64,000 bases of DNA from Balanoglossus misakiensis (lineage: Eukaryota > Animalia > Hemichordata), in NCBI GenBank assembly GCA_040954595.2, contig CM082588.2, positions 10,214,844-10,278,843 on the forward strand, written 5' to 3'. Below the pieces are notes generated by a model. It had not been told where the DNA came from. It worked only from the letters and a program-made list of their open reading frames with translations, and searched no databases. A program made the translations under genes and the position numbers. The first letter of the stretch is position 1; every line of letters begins with the position of its first letter. Shown here in pieces: positions 36,801 to 51,800 of this stretch.

Positions 36801-39800
36801 ATGACAAATTTTCGACTTTGCAAAATCTCAAAATTTCGTCGATTTTTGAAAAAAAATCATGGGTGAAAATCATCAAAAAATTACAAATTTTCGACTTTGC
36901 AAAATCTCAAAATTTCGTCGATTTTCGAGAAAAATCATGGGTGAAAATCATCAAAAAATGACAAATTTTCGACTTTGCAAAAACTCAAAATTTTGTCGAT
37001 TTTTGAAAAAAAATCATGGGTTCGTTGATTTTTGAAAAAAAACATGGGTGAAAATCATCAAAAAATTACAAATTTTCGAATTTGCAAAATCTCAAAATTT
37101 TGTCGATTTTTGAAAAAAATCATGGGTGAAAATAATCAAAAAATTACAAATTTTCGACTTTGCAAAATCTAAAAATTTTGTCGATTTTTGAAAAAAATCA
37201 TGGGTGAAAATCATCAAAAAATGACAAATTTTCGACTTTGCAAAATCTCAAAATTTTGTCGATTTTTGAAAAAAAATCATGGGTTCGTTGATTTTTGAAA
37301 AAAAACATGGGTGAAAATCATCAAAAAATTACAAATTTTCGAATTTGCAAAATCTCAAAATTTTGTCGATTTTTGAAAAAAATCATGGGTGAAAATAATC
37401 AAAAAATTACAAATTTTCGACTTTGCAAAATCTAAAAATTTTGTCGATTTTTGAAAAAAATCATGGGTGAAAATCATCAAAAAATGACAAATTTTCGACT
37501 ATGCAAAATCTCAAAATTTAGTCGATTTTTGAAAAAAATCATGGGTTCGTTCAATTTTGAAAAAAAACATGGGTGAAAATCATCAAAAAATTACAAATTT
37601 TCGACTTTGCAAAATCTCAAAATTTTGTCGATTTTTGAAAAAAAATCATGGGTGAAAATCATTAATAAATGACAAATTTTCGACTTTGCAAAATCTCAAA
37701 ATTTCGTCGATTTTTGAAAAAAAATCATGGGTGAAAATCATCAAAAAATTACAAATTTTCGACTTTGCAAAATCTCAAAATTTCGTCGATTTTTGAGAAA
37801 AATCATGGGTGAAAATCATCAAAAAATGACAAATTTTCGACTTTGCAAAATCTCAAAATTTTGTCGATTTTTGAAAAAAAATCATGGGTTCGTTGATTTT
37901 TGAAAAAAAACATGGGTGAAAATCATCAAAAAATTACAAATTTTCGAATTTGCAAAATCTCAAAATTTCTTAAATTTTTGAAAAAAAGTCATGGGTGAAA
38001 ATCATCAAAAAATTACAAATTTTCGTCTTTGCAAAATCTCAAAATTTCGTCGATTTTTGAAAAAAAAAATCATGGGTAAAAATCATCAAAAAATTACAAA
38101 TTTTCGACTTTGCAAAATCTAAAAATTTTGTCGATTTTTGAAAAAAATCATGGGTGAAAATCATCAAAAAATGACAAATTTTCGACTTTGCAAAATCTCA
38201 AAATTTCGTAGATTTTTGAAAAAAAAAAATCATGGGTAAAAATCATCAAAAAATTACAAATTTTCGACTTTGCAAAATCTAAAAATTTTGTCGATTTTTG
38301 AAAACAATCATGGGTGAAAATCATCAAAAAATGACAAATTTTCGACTTTGCAAAATCTCAAAATTTTGTCGATTTTTGAAAAAAAATCATGGGTGAAAAT
38401 CATTAATAAATGACAAATTTTCGACTTTGCAAAATCTCAAAATTTCGTCGATTTTTGAAAAAAAATCATGGGTGAAAATCATCAAAAAATTACAAATTTT
38501 CGACTTTGCAAAATCTCAAAATTTCGTCGATTTTTGAGAAAAATCATGGGTGAAAATCATCAAAAAATGACAAATTTTCGACTTTGCAAAATCTCAAAAT
38601 TTTGTCGATTTTTGAAAAAAATCATGGGTTCGTTCAATTTTGAAAAAAAACATGGGTGAAAATCATCAAAAAATTACAAATTTTCGACTTTGCAAAATCT
38701 CAAAATTTTGTCGATTTTTGAAAAAAAATCATGGGTGAAAATCATTAATAAATGACAAATTTTCGACTTTGCAAAATCTCAAAATTTCGTCGATTTTTGA
38801 AAAAAAATCATGGGTGAAAATCATCAAAAAATTACAAATTTTCGACTTTGCAAAATCTCAAAATTTCGTCGATTTTCGAGAAAAATCATGGGTGAAAATC
38901 ATCAAAAAATGACAAATTTTCGACTTTGCAAAAACTCAAAATTTTGTCGATTTTTGAAAAAAAATCATGGGTTCGTTGATTTTTGAAAAAAAACATGGGT
39001 GAAAATCATCAAAAAATTACAAATTTTCGAATTTGCAAAATCTCAAAATTTTGTCGATTTTTGAAAAAAATCATGGGTGAAAATAATCAAAAAATTACAA
39101 ATTTTCGACTTTGCAAAATCTAAAAATTTTGTCGATTTTTGAAAAAAATCATGGGTGAAAATCATCAAAAAATGACAAATTTTCGACTTTGCAAAATCTC
39201 AAAATTTTGTCGATTTTTGAAAAAAAATCATGGGTTCGTTGATTTTTGAAAAAAAACATGGGTGAAAATCATCAAAAAATTACAAATTTTCGAATTTACA
39301 AAATCTCAAAATTTTGTCGATTTTTGAAAAAAATCATGGGTGAAAATAATCAAAAAATTACAAATTTTCGACTTTGCAAAATCTAAAAATTTTGTCGATT
39401 TTTGAAAAAAATCATGGGTGAAAATCATCAAAAAATGACAAATTTTCGACTATGCAAAATCTCAAAATTTAGTCGATTTTTGAAAAAAATCATGGGTTCG
39501 TTCAATTTTGAAAAAAAACATGGGTGAAAATCATCAAAAAATTACAAATTTTCGACTTTGCAAAATCTCAAAATTTTGTCGATTTTTGAAAAAAAATCAT
39601 GGGTGAAAATCATTAATAAATGACAAATTTTCGACTTTGCAAAATCTCAAAATTTCGTCGATTTTTGAAAAAAAATCATGGGTGAAAATCATCAAAAAAT
39701 TACAAATTTTCGACTTTGCAAAATCTCAAAATTTCGTCGATTTTTGAGAAAAATCATGGGTGAAAATCATCAAAAAATGACAAATTTTCGACTTTGCAAA

Positions 39801-42800
39801 ATCTCAAAATTTTGTCGATTTTTGAAAAAAAATCATGGGTTCGTTGATTTTTGAAAAAAAACATGGGTGAAAATCATCAAAAAATTACAAATTTTCGAAT
39901 TTGCAAAATCTCAAAATTTCGTCGATTTTTGAAAAAAATCATGGGTTCGTTCAATTTTGAAAAAAAACATGGGTGAAAATCATCAAAAAATTACAAATTT
40001 TCGACTTTGCAAAATCTCAAAATTTTGTCGATTTTTGAAAAAAAATCATGGGTGAAAATCATTAATAAATGACAAATTTTCGACTTTGCAAAATCTCAAA
40101 ATTTCGTCGATTTTTGAAAAAAAATCATGGGTGAAAATCATCAAAAAATTACAAATTTTCGACTTTGCAAAATCTCAAAATTTCGTCGATTTTCGAGAAA
40201 AATCATGGGTGAAAATCATCAAAAAATGACAAATTTTCGACTTTGCAAAAACTCAAAATTTTGTCGATTTTTGAAAAAAAATCATGGGTTCGTTGATTTT
40301 TGAAAAAAAACATGGGTGAAAATCATCAAAAAATTACAAATTTTCGAATTTGCAAAATCTCAAAATTTTGTCGATTTTTGAAAAAAATCATGGGTGAAAA
40401 TAATCAAAAAATTACAAATTTTCGACTTTGCAAAATCTAAAAATTTTGTCGATTTTTGAAAAAAATCATGGGTGAAAATCATCAAAAAATGACAAATTTT
40501 CGACTTTGCAAAATCTCAAAATTTTGTCGATTTTTGAAAAAAAATCATGGGTTCGTTGATTTTTGAAAAAAAACATGGGTGAAAATCATCAAAAAATTAC
40601 AAATTTTCGAATTTGCAAAATCTCAAAATTTTGTCGATTTTTGAAAAAAATCATGGGTGAAAATAATCAAAAAATTACAAATTTTCGACTTTGCAAAATC
40701 TAAAAATTTTGTCGATTTTTGAAAAAAATCATGGGTGAAAATCATCAAAAAATGACAAATTTTCGACTATGCAAAATCTCAAAATTTAGTCGATTTTTGA
40801 AAAAAATCATGGGTTCGTTCAATTTTGAAAAAAAACATGGGTGAAAATCATCAAAAAATTACAAATTTTCGACTTTGCAAAATCTCAAAATTTTGTCGAT
40901 TTTTGAAAAAAAATCATGGGTGAAAATCATTAATAAATGACAAATTTTCGACTTTGCAAAATCTCAAAATTTCGTCGATTTTTGAAAAAAAATCATGGGT
41001 GAAAATCATCAAAAAATTACAAATTTTCGACTTTGCAAAATCTCAAAATTTCGTCGATTTTTGAGAAAAATCATGGGTGAAAATCATCAAAAAATGACAA
41101 ATTTTCGACTTTGCAAAATCTCAAAATTTTGTCGATTTTTGAAAAAAAATCATGGGTTCGTTGATTTTTGAAAAAAAACATGGGTGAAAATCATCAAAAA
41201 ATTACAAATTTTCGAATTTGCAAAATCTCAAAATTTCTTAAATTTTTGAAAAAAAGTCATGGGTGAAAATCATCAAAAAATTACAAATTTTCGTCTTTGC
41301 AAAATCTCAAAATTTCGTCGATTTTTGAAAAAAAAAATCATGGGTAAAAATCATCAAAAAATTACAAATTTTCGACTTTGCAAAATCTAAAAATTTTGTC
41401 GATTTTTGAAAAAAATCATGGGTGAAAATCATCAAAAAATGACAAATTTTCGACTTTGCAAAATCTCAAAATTTCGTAGATTTTTGAAAAAAAAAATCAT
41501 GGGTAAAAATCATCAAAAAATTACAAATTTTCGACTTTGCAAAATCTAAAAATTTTGTCGATTTTTGAAAACAATCATGGGTGAAAATCATCAAAAAATG
41601 ACAAATTTTCGACTTTGCAAAATCTCAAAATTTTGTCGATTTTTCAAAAAAAATCATGGGTGAAAATCATTAATAAATGACAAATTTTCGACTTTGCAAA
41701 ATCTCAAAATTTCGTCGATTTTTGAAAAAAAATCATGGGTGAAAATCATCAAAAAATTACAAATTTTCGACTTTGCAAAATCTCAAAATTTCGTCGATTT
41801 TTGAGAAAAATCATGGGTGAAAATCATCAAAAAATGACAAATTTTCGACTTTGCAAAATCTCAAAATTTTGTCGATTTTTGAAAAAAATCATGGGTTCGT
41901 TCAATTTTGAAAAAAAACATGGGTGAAAATCATCAAAAAATTACAAATTTTCGACTTTGCAAAATCTCAAAATTTCGTCGATTTTTGAAAAAAAATCATG
42001 GGTGAAAATCATCAAAAAATTACAAATTTTCGACTTTGCAAAATCTCAAAATTTTGTCGATTTTTGAAAAAAAATCATGGGTTCGTTGATTTTTGAAAAA
42101 AAACATGGGTGAAAATCATCAAAAAATTACAAATTTTCGAATTTGCAAAATCTCAAAATTTTGTCGATTTTTGAAAAAAATCATGGGTGAAAATAATCAA
42201 AAAATTACAAATTTTCGACTTTGCAAAATCTAAAAATTTTGTCGATTTTTGAAAAAAATCATGGGTGAAAATCATCAAAAAATGACAAATTTTCGACTTT
42301 GCAAAATCTCAAAATTTTGTCGATTTTTGAAAAAAAATCATGGGTTCGTTGATTTTTGAAAAAAAACATGGGTGAAAATCATCAAAAAATTACAAATTTT
42401 CGAATTTGCAAAATCTCAAAATTTTGTCGATTTTTGAAAAAAATCATGGGTGAAAATAATCAAAAAATTACAAATTTTCGACTTTGCAAAATCTAAAAAT
42501 TTTGTCGATTTTTGAAAAAAATCATGGGTGAAAATCATCAAAAAATGACAAATTTTCGACTATGCAAAATCTCAAAATTTAGTCGATTTTTGAAAAAAAT
42601 CATGGGTTCGTTCAATTTTGAAAAAAAACATGGGTGAAAATCATCAAAAAATTACAAATTTTCGACTTTGCAAAATCTCAAAATTTTGTCGATTTTTGAA
42701 AAAAAATCATGGGTGAAAATCATTAATAAATGACAAATTTTCGACTTTGCAAAATCTCAAAATTTCGTCGATTTTTGAAAAAAAATCATGGGTGAAAATC

Positions 42801-45800
42801 ATCAAAAAATTACAAATTTTCGACTTTGCAAAATCTCAAAATTTCGTCGATTTTTGAGAAAAATCATGGGTGAAAATCATCAAAAAATGACAAATTTTCG
42901 ACTTTGCAAAATCTCAAAATTTTGTCGATTTTTGAAAAAAAATCATGGGTTCGTTGATTTTTGAAAAAAAACATGGGTGAAAATCATCAAAAAATTACAA
43001 ATTTTCGAATTTGCAAAATCTCAAAATTTCTTAAATTTTTGAAAAAAAGTCATGGGTGAAAATCATCAAAAAATTACAAATTTTCGTCTTTGCAAAATCT
43101 CAAAATTTCGTCGATTTTTGAAAAAAAAAATCATGGGTAAAAATCATCAAAAAATTACAAATTTTCGACTTTGCAAAATCTAAAAATTTTGTCGATTTTT
43201 GAAAAAAATCATGGGTGAAAATCATCAAAAAATGACAAATTTTCGACTTTGCAAAATCTCAAAATTTCGTAGATTTTTGAAAAAAAAAAATCATGGGTAA
43301 AAATCATCAAAAAATTACAAATTTTCGACTTTGCAAAATCTAAAAATTTTGTCGATTTTTGAAAACAATCATGGGTGAAAATCATCAAAAAATGACAAAT
43401 TTTCGACTTTGCAAAATCTCAAAATTTTGTCGATTTTTGAAAAAAAATCATGGGTGAAAATCATTAATAAATGACAAATTTTCGACTTTGCAAAATCTCA
43501 AAATTTCGTCGATTTTTGAAAAAAAATCATGGGTGAAAATCATCAAAAAATTACAAATTTTCGACTTTGCAAAATCTCAAAATTTCGTCGATTTTTGAGA
43601 AAAATCATGGGTGAAAATCATCAAAAAATGACAAATTTTCGACTTTGCAAAATCTCAAAATTTTGTCGATTTTTGAAAAAAATCATGGGTTCGTTCAATT
43701 TTGAAAAAAAACATGGGTGAAAATCATCAAAAAATTACAAATTTTCGACTTTGCAAAATCTCAAAATTTCGTCGATTTTTGAAAAAAAATCATGGGTGAA
43801 AATCATCAAAAAATTACAAATTTTCGACTTTGCAAAATCTCAAAATTTTGTCGATTTTTGAAAAAAAATCATGGGTTCGTTGATTTTTGAAAAAAAACAT
43901 GGGTGAAAATCATCAAAAAATTACAAATTTTCGAATTTGCAAAATCACAAAATTTCGTCGATTTTTGAAAAAAAAACATGGGTGAAAATCATCAAAAAAT
44001 TACAAATTTTCGACTTTGCAAAATCTCAAAATTTTGTCGATTTTTGAAAAAAAATCATGGGTTCGTTGATTTTTGAAAAAAAACATGGGTGAAAATCATC
44101 AAAAAATTACAAATTTTCGAATTTGCAAAATCACAAAATTTCGTCGATTTTTGAAAAAAAAACATGGGTGAAAATCATCAAAAAATTACAAATTTTCGAC
44201 TTTGCAAAATCTCAAAATTTCGTAAATTTTTGAAAAAAAGTCATGGGTGAAAATCATCAAAAAATTACAAATTTTCGTCTTTGCAAAATCACAAAATTTC
44301 GTCGATTTTTGAAAAAAAAAATCATGGGTAAAAATCATCAAAAAATTACAAATTTTCGACTTTGCAAAATCTAAAAATTTTGTCGATTTTTGAAAAAAAT
44401 CATGGGTGAAAATCATCAAAAAATGACAAATTTTCGTCTTTGCAAAATCTCAAAATTTCGTCCATTTTTGAATAAAAATCATGGGTGAAAATCATCAAAA
44501 AATGACACATTTTCGACTTTGCAAAATCTAAAAATTTCGTCGATTTTTGAAAAAAATCATGGTTGAAAATCATCAAAAAATGACAAAATTTTCGACTTTG
44601 TAAAATCACAAAATTTCGTCGATTTTGAAAAAAATCATAGGTTCGTCGATTTCTAAAAAAAAACATGGGTGAAAATCATCAAAAAATGACAAATTTTCGA
44701 CTTTGCAAAATCTCAAAATTTCGTCGATTTTTGAAAAAAATCATGGGTGAAAATCATCAAAAAATGACAAATTTTCGACTTCGCAAAATCTCAAAATTTC
44801 GTCAATTTTTGAAAAAATCAGGGGTAAAAATCATCAAAAAATGACAAATTTTCGTCTTTGCTAAATCTCAAAATTTCGTCGGTTTTTGAAAAATAATATG
44901 GGTGAAAATCATCAAAAAATGACAAATTTTCGACTTTGCAAAATCTCAAAATTTCGTCCATTTTTGAAAAAAAATCATGGGTAAAAATCATCAAAAAATG
45001 ACAAATTTTCGTCTTTGCAAAATCTCAAAATTTCTTCCATTTAAAAAAAAAAACATGGGTGAAAATCATCAAAAAATTACAAATTTTCGAATTTGCAAAA
45101 TCACAAAATTTCGTCGATTTTTGAAAAAAAAACATGGGTGAAAATCATCAAAAAATTACAAATTTTCGACTTTGCAAAATCTCAAAATTTCGTAAATTTT
45201 TGAAAAAAAGTCATGGGTGAAAATCATCAAAAAATTACAAATTTTCGTCTTTGCAAAATCACAAAATTTCGTCGATTTTTGAAAAAAAAAATCATGGGTA
45301 AAAATCATCAAAAAATTACAAATTTTCGACTTTGCAAAATCTAAAAATTTTGTCGATTTTTGAAAAAAATCATGGGTGAAAATCATCAAAAAATGACAAA
45401 TTTTCGTCTTTGCAAAATCTCAAAATTTCGTCCATTTTTGAATAAAAATCATGGGTGAAAATCATCAAAAAATGACACATTTTCGACTTTGCAAAATCTA
45501 AAAATTTCGTCGATTTTTGAAAAAAATCATGGTTGAAAATCATCAAAAAATGACAAAATTTTCGACTTTGTAAAATCACAAAATTTCGTCGATTTTGAAA
45601 AAAATCATAGGTTCGTCGATTTCTAAAAAAAAACATGGGTGAAAATCATCAAAAAATGACAAATTTTCGACTTTGCAAAATCTCAAAATTTCGTCGATTT
45701 TTGAAAAAAATCATGGGTGAAAATCATCAAAAAATGACAAATTTTCGACTTCGCAAAATCTCAAAATTTCGTCAATTTTTGAAAAAATCAGGGGTAAAAA

Positions 45801-48800
45801 TCATCAAAAAATGACAAATTTTCGTCTTTGCTAAATCTCAAAATTTCGTCGGTTTTTGAAAAATAATATGGGTGAAAATCATCAAAAAATGACAAATTTT
45901 CGACTTTGCAAAATCTCAAAATTTCGTCCATTTTTGAAAAAAAATCATGGGTAAAAATCATCAAAAAATGACAAATTTTCGTCTTTGCAAAATCTCAAAA
46001 TTTCTTCCATTTAAAAAAAAAAGCATGGGGGAAAATCATCAAAAAATGACAAATTTTCGTCTTTGCAAAATCTCAAAATTTCGTCCATTTAAAAAAAAAA
46101 ACATGGGTGAAAATCATCAAAAAATGACAAATTTTTGACTTTTCAAAATCTCACAATTTCGTCGATTTTTGAAAAAAATCATGGGTGAAAATCATCAAAA
46201 AATGACAAATTATCGACTTTGCAAAATCTCAAAATTTCGTCGATTTTGAAAAAAACCATTGGGGGAAAATCATCAAAAAATGACAAATTATCGACTTTGC
46301 AAAATCTCAAAATATCGTCCATTTTAAAAAAAAAACATGGGGGAAAATCATCAAAAAATGAACAAATTTTCGACTTTGCAAAATCTCAAAATTTCGTCGA
46401 TTTTGAAAAAAAACATTGGGGGAAAATCATCAAAAAATGACAAATTATCGACTTTGCACAATCTCACAATTTCGTCGATTTTTGAAAAAAATCATGGGTG
46501 AAAATCATCAAAAAATTACAAATTTTCGACTTTGCAAAATCTCAACATTTCGTCGATTTTTGAAAAAAATCATGGGTGAAAATCATCAAAAAATGACAAA
46601 TTTTCGACTTTGCAAAATCTCACAATTTCGTCGATTTTTGAAAAAAATCATGGGTGAAAATCATCAAAAAATTACAAATTTTCGACTTTGCAAAATCTCA
46701 ACATTTCGTCGATTTTTGAAAAAAATCATGGGTGAAAATCATCAAAAAATTACAAATTTTCGACTTTGCAAAATCTCAAAATTTCGTTGATTTTTGAAAA
46801 AAAATCATGGGTGAAAATCATCAAAAAATTACAAATTTTCGACTTTGCAAAATCTCAAAATTTTGTCGATTTTTGAAAAAAAATCATGGGTTCGTTGATT
46901 TTTGAAAAAAAACATGGGTGAAAATCATGAAAAAATTACAAATTTTCGAATTTGCAAAATCACAAAATTTCGTCGATTTTTGAAAAAAAAAAACATGGGT
47001 GAAAATCATCAAAAAATTACAAATTTTCGACTTTGCAAAATCTCAAAATTTCGTAAATTTTTGAAAAAAAGTCATGGGTGAAAATCATCAAAAAATTACA
47101 AATTTTCGTCTTTGCAAAATCTCAACATTTCGTCGATTTTTGAAAAAAAAAATCATGGGTAAAAATCATCAAAAAATTACAAATTTTCGACTTTGCAAAA
47201 TCTAAAAATTTTGTCGATTTTTGAAAAAAATCATGGGTGAAAATCATCAAAAAATGACAAATTTTCGTCTTTGCAAAATCTCAAAATTTCGTCCATTTTT
47301 GAATAAAAATCATGGGTGAAAATCATCAAAAAATGACACATTTTCGACTTTGCAAAATCTAAAAATTTCGTCGATTTTTGAAAAAAATCATGGTTAAAAA
47401 TCATCAAAAAATGACAAAATTTTCGACTTTGTAAAATCACAAAATTTCGTCGATTTTGAAAAAAATCATAGGTTCGTCGATTTCTAAAAAAAAACATGGG
47501 TGAAAATCATCAAAAAATGACAAATTTTCGACTTTGCAAAATCTCAAAATTTCGTCGATTTTTGAAAAAAATCATGGGTGAAAATCATCAAAAAATGACA
47601 AATTTTCGACTTCGCAAAATCTCAAAATTTCGTCAATTTTTGAAAAAATCAGGGGTAAAAATCATCAAAAAATGACAAATTTTCGTCTTTGCTAAATCTC
47701 AATATTTCGTCGGTTTTTGAAAAATAATATGGGTGAAAATCATCAAAAAATGACAAATTTTCGACTTTGCAAAATCTCACAATTTCGTCGATTTTTGAAA
47801 AAAATCATGGGTGAAAATCATCAAAAAATGACAAATTATCGACTTTGCAAAATCTCAAAATTTCGTCGATTTTGAAAAAAACCATTGGGGGAAAATCATC
47901 AAAAAATGAAAAATTATCGACTTTGCAAAATCTCAAAATTTCGTCCATTTTAAAAAAAAAACATGGGGGAAAATCATCAAAAAATGACAAATTTTCGAAT
48001 TTGCAAAATCTCCAAATTTCGTCGATTTTGAAAAAAAACATTGGGGGAAAATCATCAAAAAATGACAAATTATCGACTTTGCACAATCTCACAATTTCGT
48101 CGATTTTTGAAAAAAATCATGGGTGAAAATCATCAAAAAATTACAAATTTTCGACTTTGCAAAATCTCAACATTTCGTCGATTTTTGAAAAAAATCATGG
48201 GTGAAAATCATCAAAAAATGACAAATTTTCGACTTTGCAAAATCTCACAATTTCGTCGATTTTTGAAAAAAATCATGGGTGAAAATCATCAAAAAATTAC
48301 AAATTTTCGACTTTGCAAAATCTCAACATTTCGTCGATTTTTGAAAAAAATCATGGGTGAAAATCATCAAAAAATGACAAATTTTCGACTTTGCAAAATC
48401 TCAAAATTTCGTCAATTTTTGAAAAAATCATGGGTGAAAATCATCAAAAAATGACAAATTTTCGTCTTTGCAAAATCTCAAAATTTCGTCAGTTTTTGAA
48501 AAATAATATGGTTGAAAATCATCAAAAAATGACAAAATTATCGACTTTGCAAAATCTCACAATTTCGTCGATTTTTGAAAAAAAATCATGGGTGAAAATC
48601 ATCAAAAAATTACAAATTTTCGACTTTGCAAAATCTCAACATTTCGTCGATTTTTGAAAAAAATCATGGGTGAAAATCATCAAAAAATGACAAATTTTCG
48701 ACTTTGCAAAATCTCAAAATTTCGTCCATTTTAAAAAAAAAACATGGGGGAAAATCATCAAAAAATGAGAATATTTTCGACTTTGCAAAATCTCAAAATT

Positions 48801-51800
48801 TCGTCGATTTTGAAAAAAATCATAGGTTCGTCGATTTAAAAAAAAAACATGGGTGAAAATCATCAAAAAATGACAAATTTTCGACTTTGCAAAATCTCAC
48901 AATTTCGTCGATTTTTGAAAAAAATCATGGGAGAAAATCATCAAAAAATGACAAATTTTCGACTTTGCAAAATCTCAACATTTCGTCGATTTTTGAAAAA
49001 AATCATGGGTGAAAATCATCAAAAAATGACAAATTTTCGACTTTGCAAAATCTCAAAATTTCGTCCATTTTAAAAAAAAAACATGGGGGAAAATCATCAA
49101 AAAATGACAAATTTTCGACTTTGCAAAATCTCAAAATTTCGTCCATTTTAAAAAAAAAACATGGGGGAAAATCATCAAAAAATGAGAATATTTTCGACTT
49201 TGCAAAATCTCAAAATTTCGTCGATTTTGAAAAAAATCATAGGTTCGTCGATTTAAAAAAAAAACATGGGTGAAAATCATCAAAAAATGACAAATTTTCG
49301 ACTTTGCAAAATCTCACAATTTCGTCGATTTTTGAAAAAAATCATGGGAGAAAATCATCAAAAAATGACAAATTTTCGACTTTGCAAAATCTCAACATTT
49401 CGTCGATTTTTGAAAAAAATCATGGGTGAAAATCATCAAAAAATGACAAATTTTCGACTTTGCAAAATCTCAAAATTTCGTCGATTTTTGAAAAAAAATC
49501 ATGGGTGTAAATCATCAAAAAATGACAAATTTTCGTCTTTGCAAAATCTCAAAATTTCGTCCATTTTTGAATAAAAATCATGGGTGAAAATCATCAAAAA
49601 ATGACACATTTTCGACTTTGCAAAATCTAAAAATTTCGTCGATTTTTGAAAAAAATCATGGTTGAAAATCATCAAAAAATGACAAAATTTTCGACTTTGT
49701 AAAATCACAAAATTTCGTCGATTTTGAAAAAAATCATAGGTTCGTCGATTTCTAAAAAAAAACATTGGTGAAAATCATCAAAAAATGACAAATTTTCGAC
49801 TTTGCAAAATCTCAAAATTTCGTCGATTTTTGAAAAAAATCATGGGTGAAAATCATCAAAAAATGACAAATTTTCGACTTCGCAAAATCTCAAAATTTCG
49901 TCAATTTTTGAAAAAATCAGGGGTAAAAATCATCAAAAAATGACAAATTTTCGTCTTTGCTAAATCTCAAAATTTCGTCGGTTTTTGAAAAATAATATGG
50001 GTGAAAATCATCAAAAAATGACAAATTTTCGACTTTGCAAAATCTCAACATTTCGTCGATTTTTGAAAAAAATCATGGGTGAAAATCATCAAAAAATGAC
50101 AAATTTTCGACTTTGCAAAATCTCAAAATTTCGTCCATTTTAAAAAAAAAACATGGGGGAAAATCATCAAAAAATGAGAAAATTTTCGACTTTGCAAAAT
50201 CTCAAAATTTCGTCGATTTTGAAAATAATCATAGGTTCGTCGATTTAAAAAAAAAAACATGGGTGAAAATCATCAAAAAATGACAAATTTTCGACTTTGC
50301 AAAATCTCACAATTTCGTCGATTTTTGAAAAAAATCATGGGAGAAAATCATCAAAAAATGACAAATTTTCGACTTTGCAAAATCTCAACATTTCGTCGAT
50401 TTTTGAAAAAAAATCATGGGTGAAAATCATCAAAAAATGACAAATTTTCGACTTTGCAAAATCTCACAATTTCGTCGATTTGTGAAAAAAATCATGGGTG
50501 AAAATCATCAAAAAATTACAAATTTTCGACTTTGCAAAATCTCAACATTTCGTCAATTTTTGAAAAAAATCATGGGTGAAAATCATCAAAAAATGACAAA
50601 TTTTCGTCTTTGCAAAATCTCAAAATTTCGTCAGTTTTTGAAAAATAATATGGTTGAAAATCATCAAAAAATGACAAAATTATCGACTTTGCAAAATCTC
50701 ACAATTTCGTCGATTTTTGAAAAAAAATCATGGGTGAAAATCATCAAAAAATTACAAATTTTCGACTTTGCAAAATCTCAACATTTCGTCGATTTTTGAA
50801 AAAAATCATGGGTGAAAATCATCAAAAAATGACAAATTTTCGACTTTGCAAAATCTCAAAATTTCGTCCATTTTAAAAAAAAAACATGGGGGAAAATCAT
50901 CAAAAAATGAGAATATTTTCGACTTTGCAAAATCTCAAAATTTCGTCGATTTTGAAAAAAATCATAGGTTCGTCGATTTAAAAAAAAAACATGGGTGAAA
51001 ATCATCAAAAAATGACAAATTTTCGACTTTGCAAAATCTCACAATTTCGTCGATTTTTGAAAAAAATCATGGGAGAAAATCATCAAAAAATGACAAATTT
51101 TCGACTTTGCAAAATCTCAACATTTCGTCGATTTTTGAAAAAAATCATGGGTGAAAATCATCAAAAAATGACAAATTTTCGACTTTGCAAAATCTCACAA
51201 TTTCGTCGATTTTTGAAAAAAATCATGGGAGAAAATCATCAAAAAATGACAAATTTTCGACTTTGCAAAATCTCAACATTTCGTCGATTTTTGAAAAAAA
51301 TCATGGGTGAAAATCATCAAAAAATGACAAATTTTCGACTTTGCAAAATCTCAAAATTTCGTCGATTTTTGAAAAAAAATCATGGGTGTAAATCATCAAA
51401 AAATGACAAATTTTCGTCTTTGCAAAATCTCAAAATTTCGTCCATTTTTGAATAAAAATCATGGGTGAAAATCATCAAAAAATGACACATTTTCGACTTT
51501 GCAAAATCTAAAAATTTCGTCGATTTTTGAAAAAAATCATGGTTGAAAATCATCAAAAAATGACAAAATTTTCGACTTTGTAAAATCACAAAATTTCGTC
51601 GATTTTGAAAAAAATCATAGGTTCGTCGATTTCTAAAAAAAAACATTGGTGAAAATCATCAAAAAATGACAAATTTTCGACTTTGCAAAATCTCAAAATT
51701 TCGTCGATTTTTGAAAAAAATCATGGGTGAAAATCATCAAAAAATGACAAGTTTTCGACTTCGCAAAATCTCAAAATTTCGTCAATTTTTGAAAAAATCA

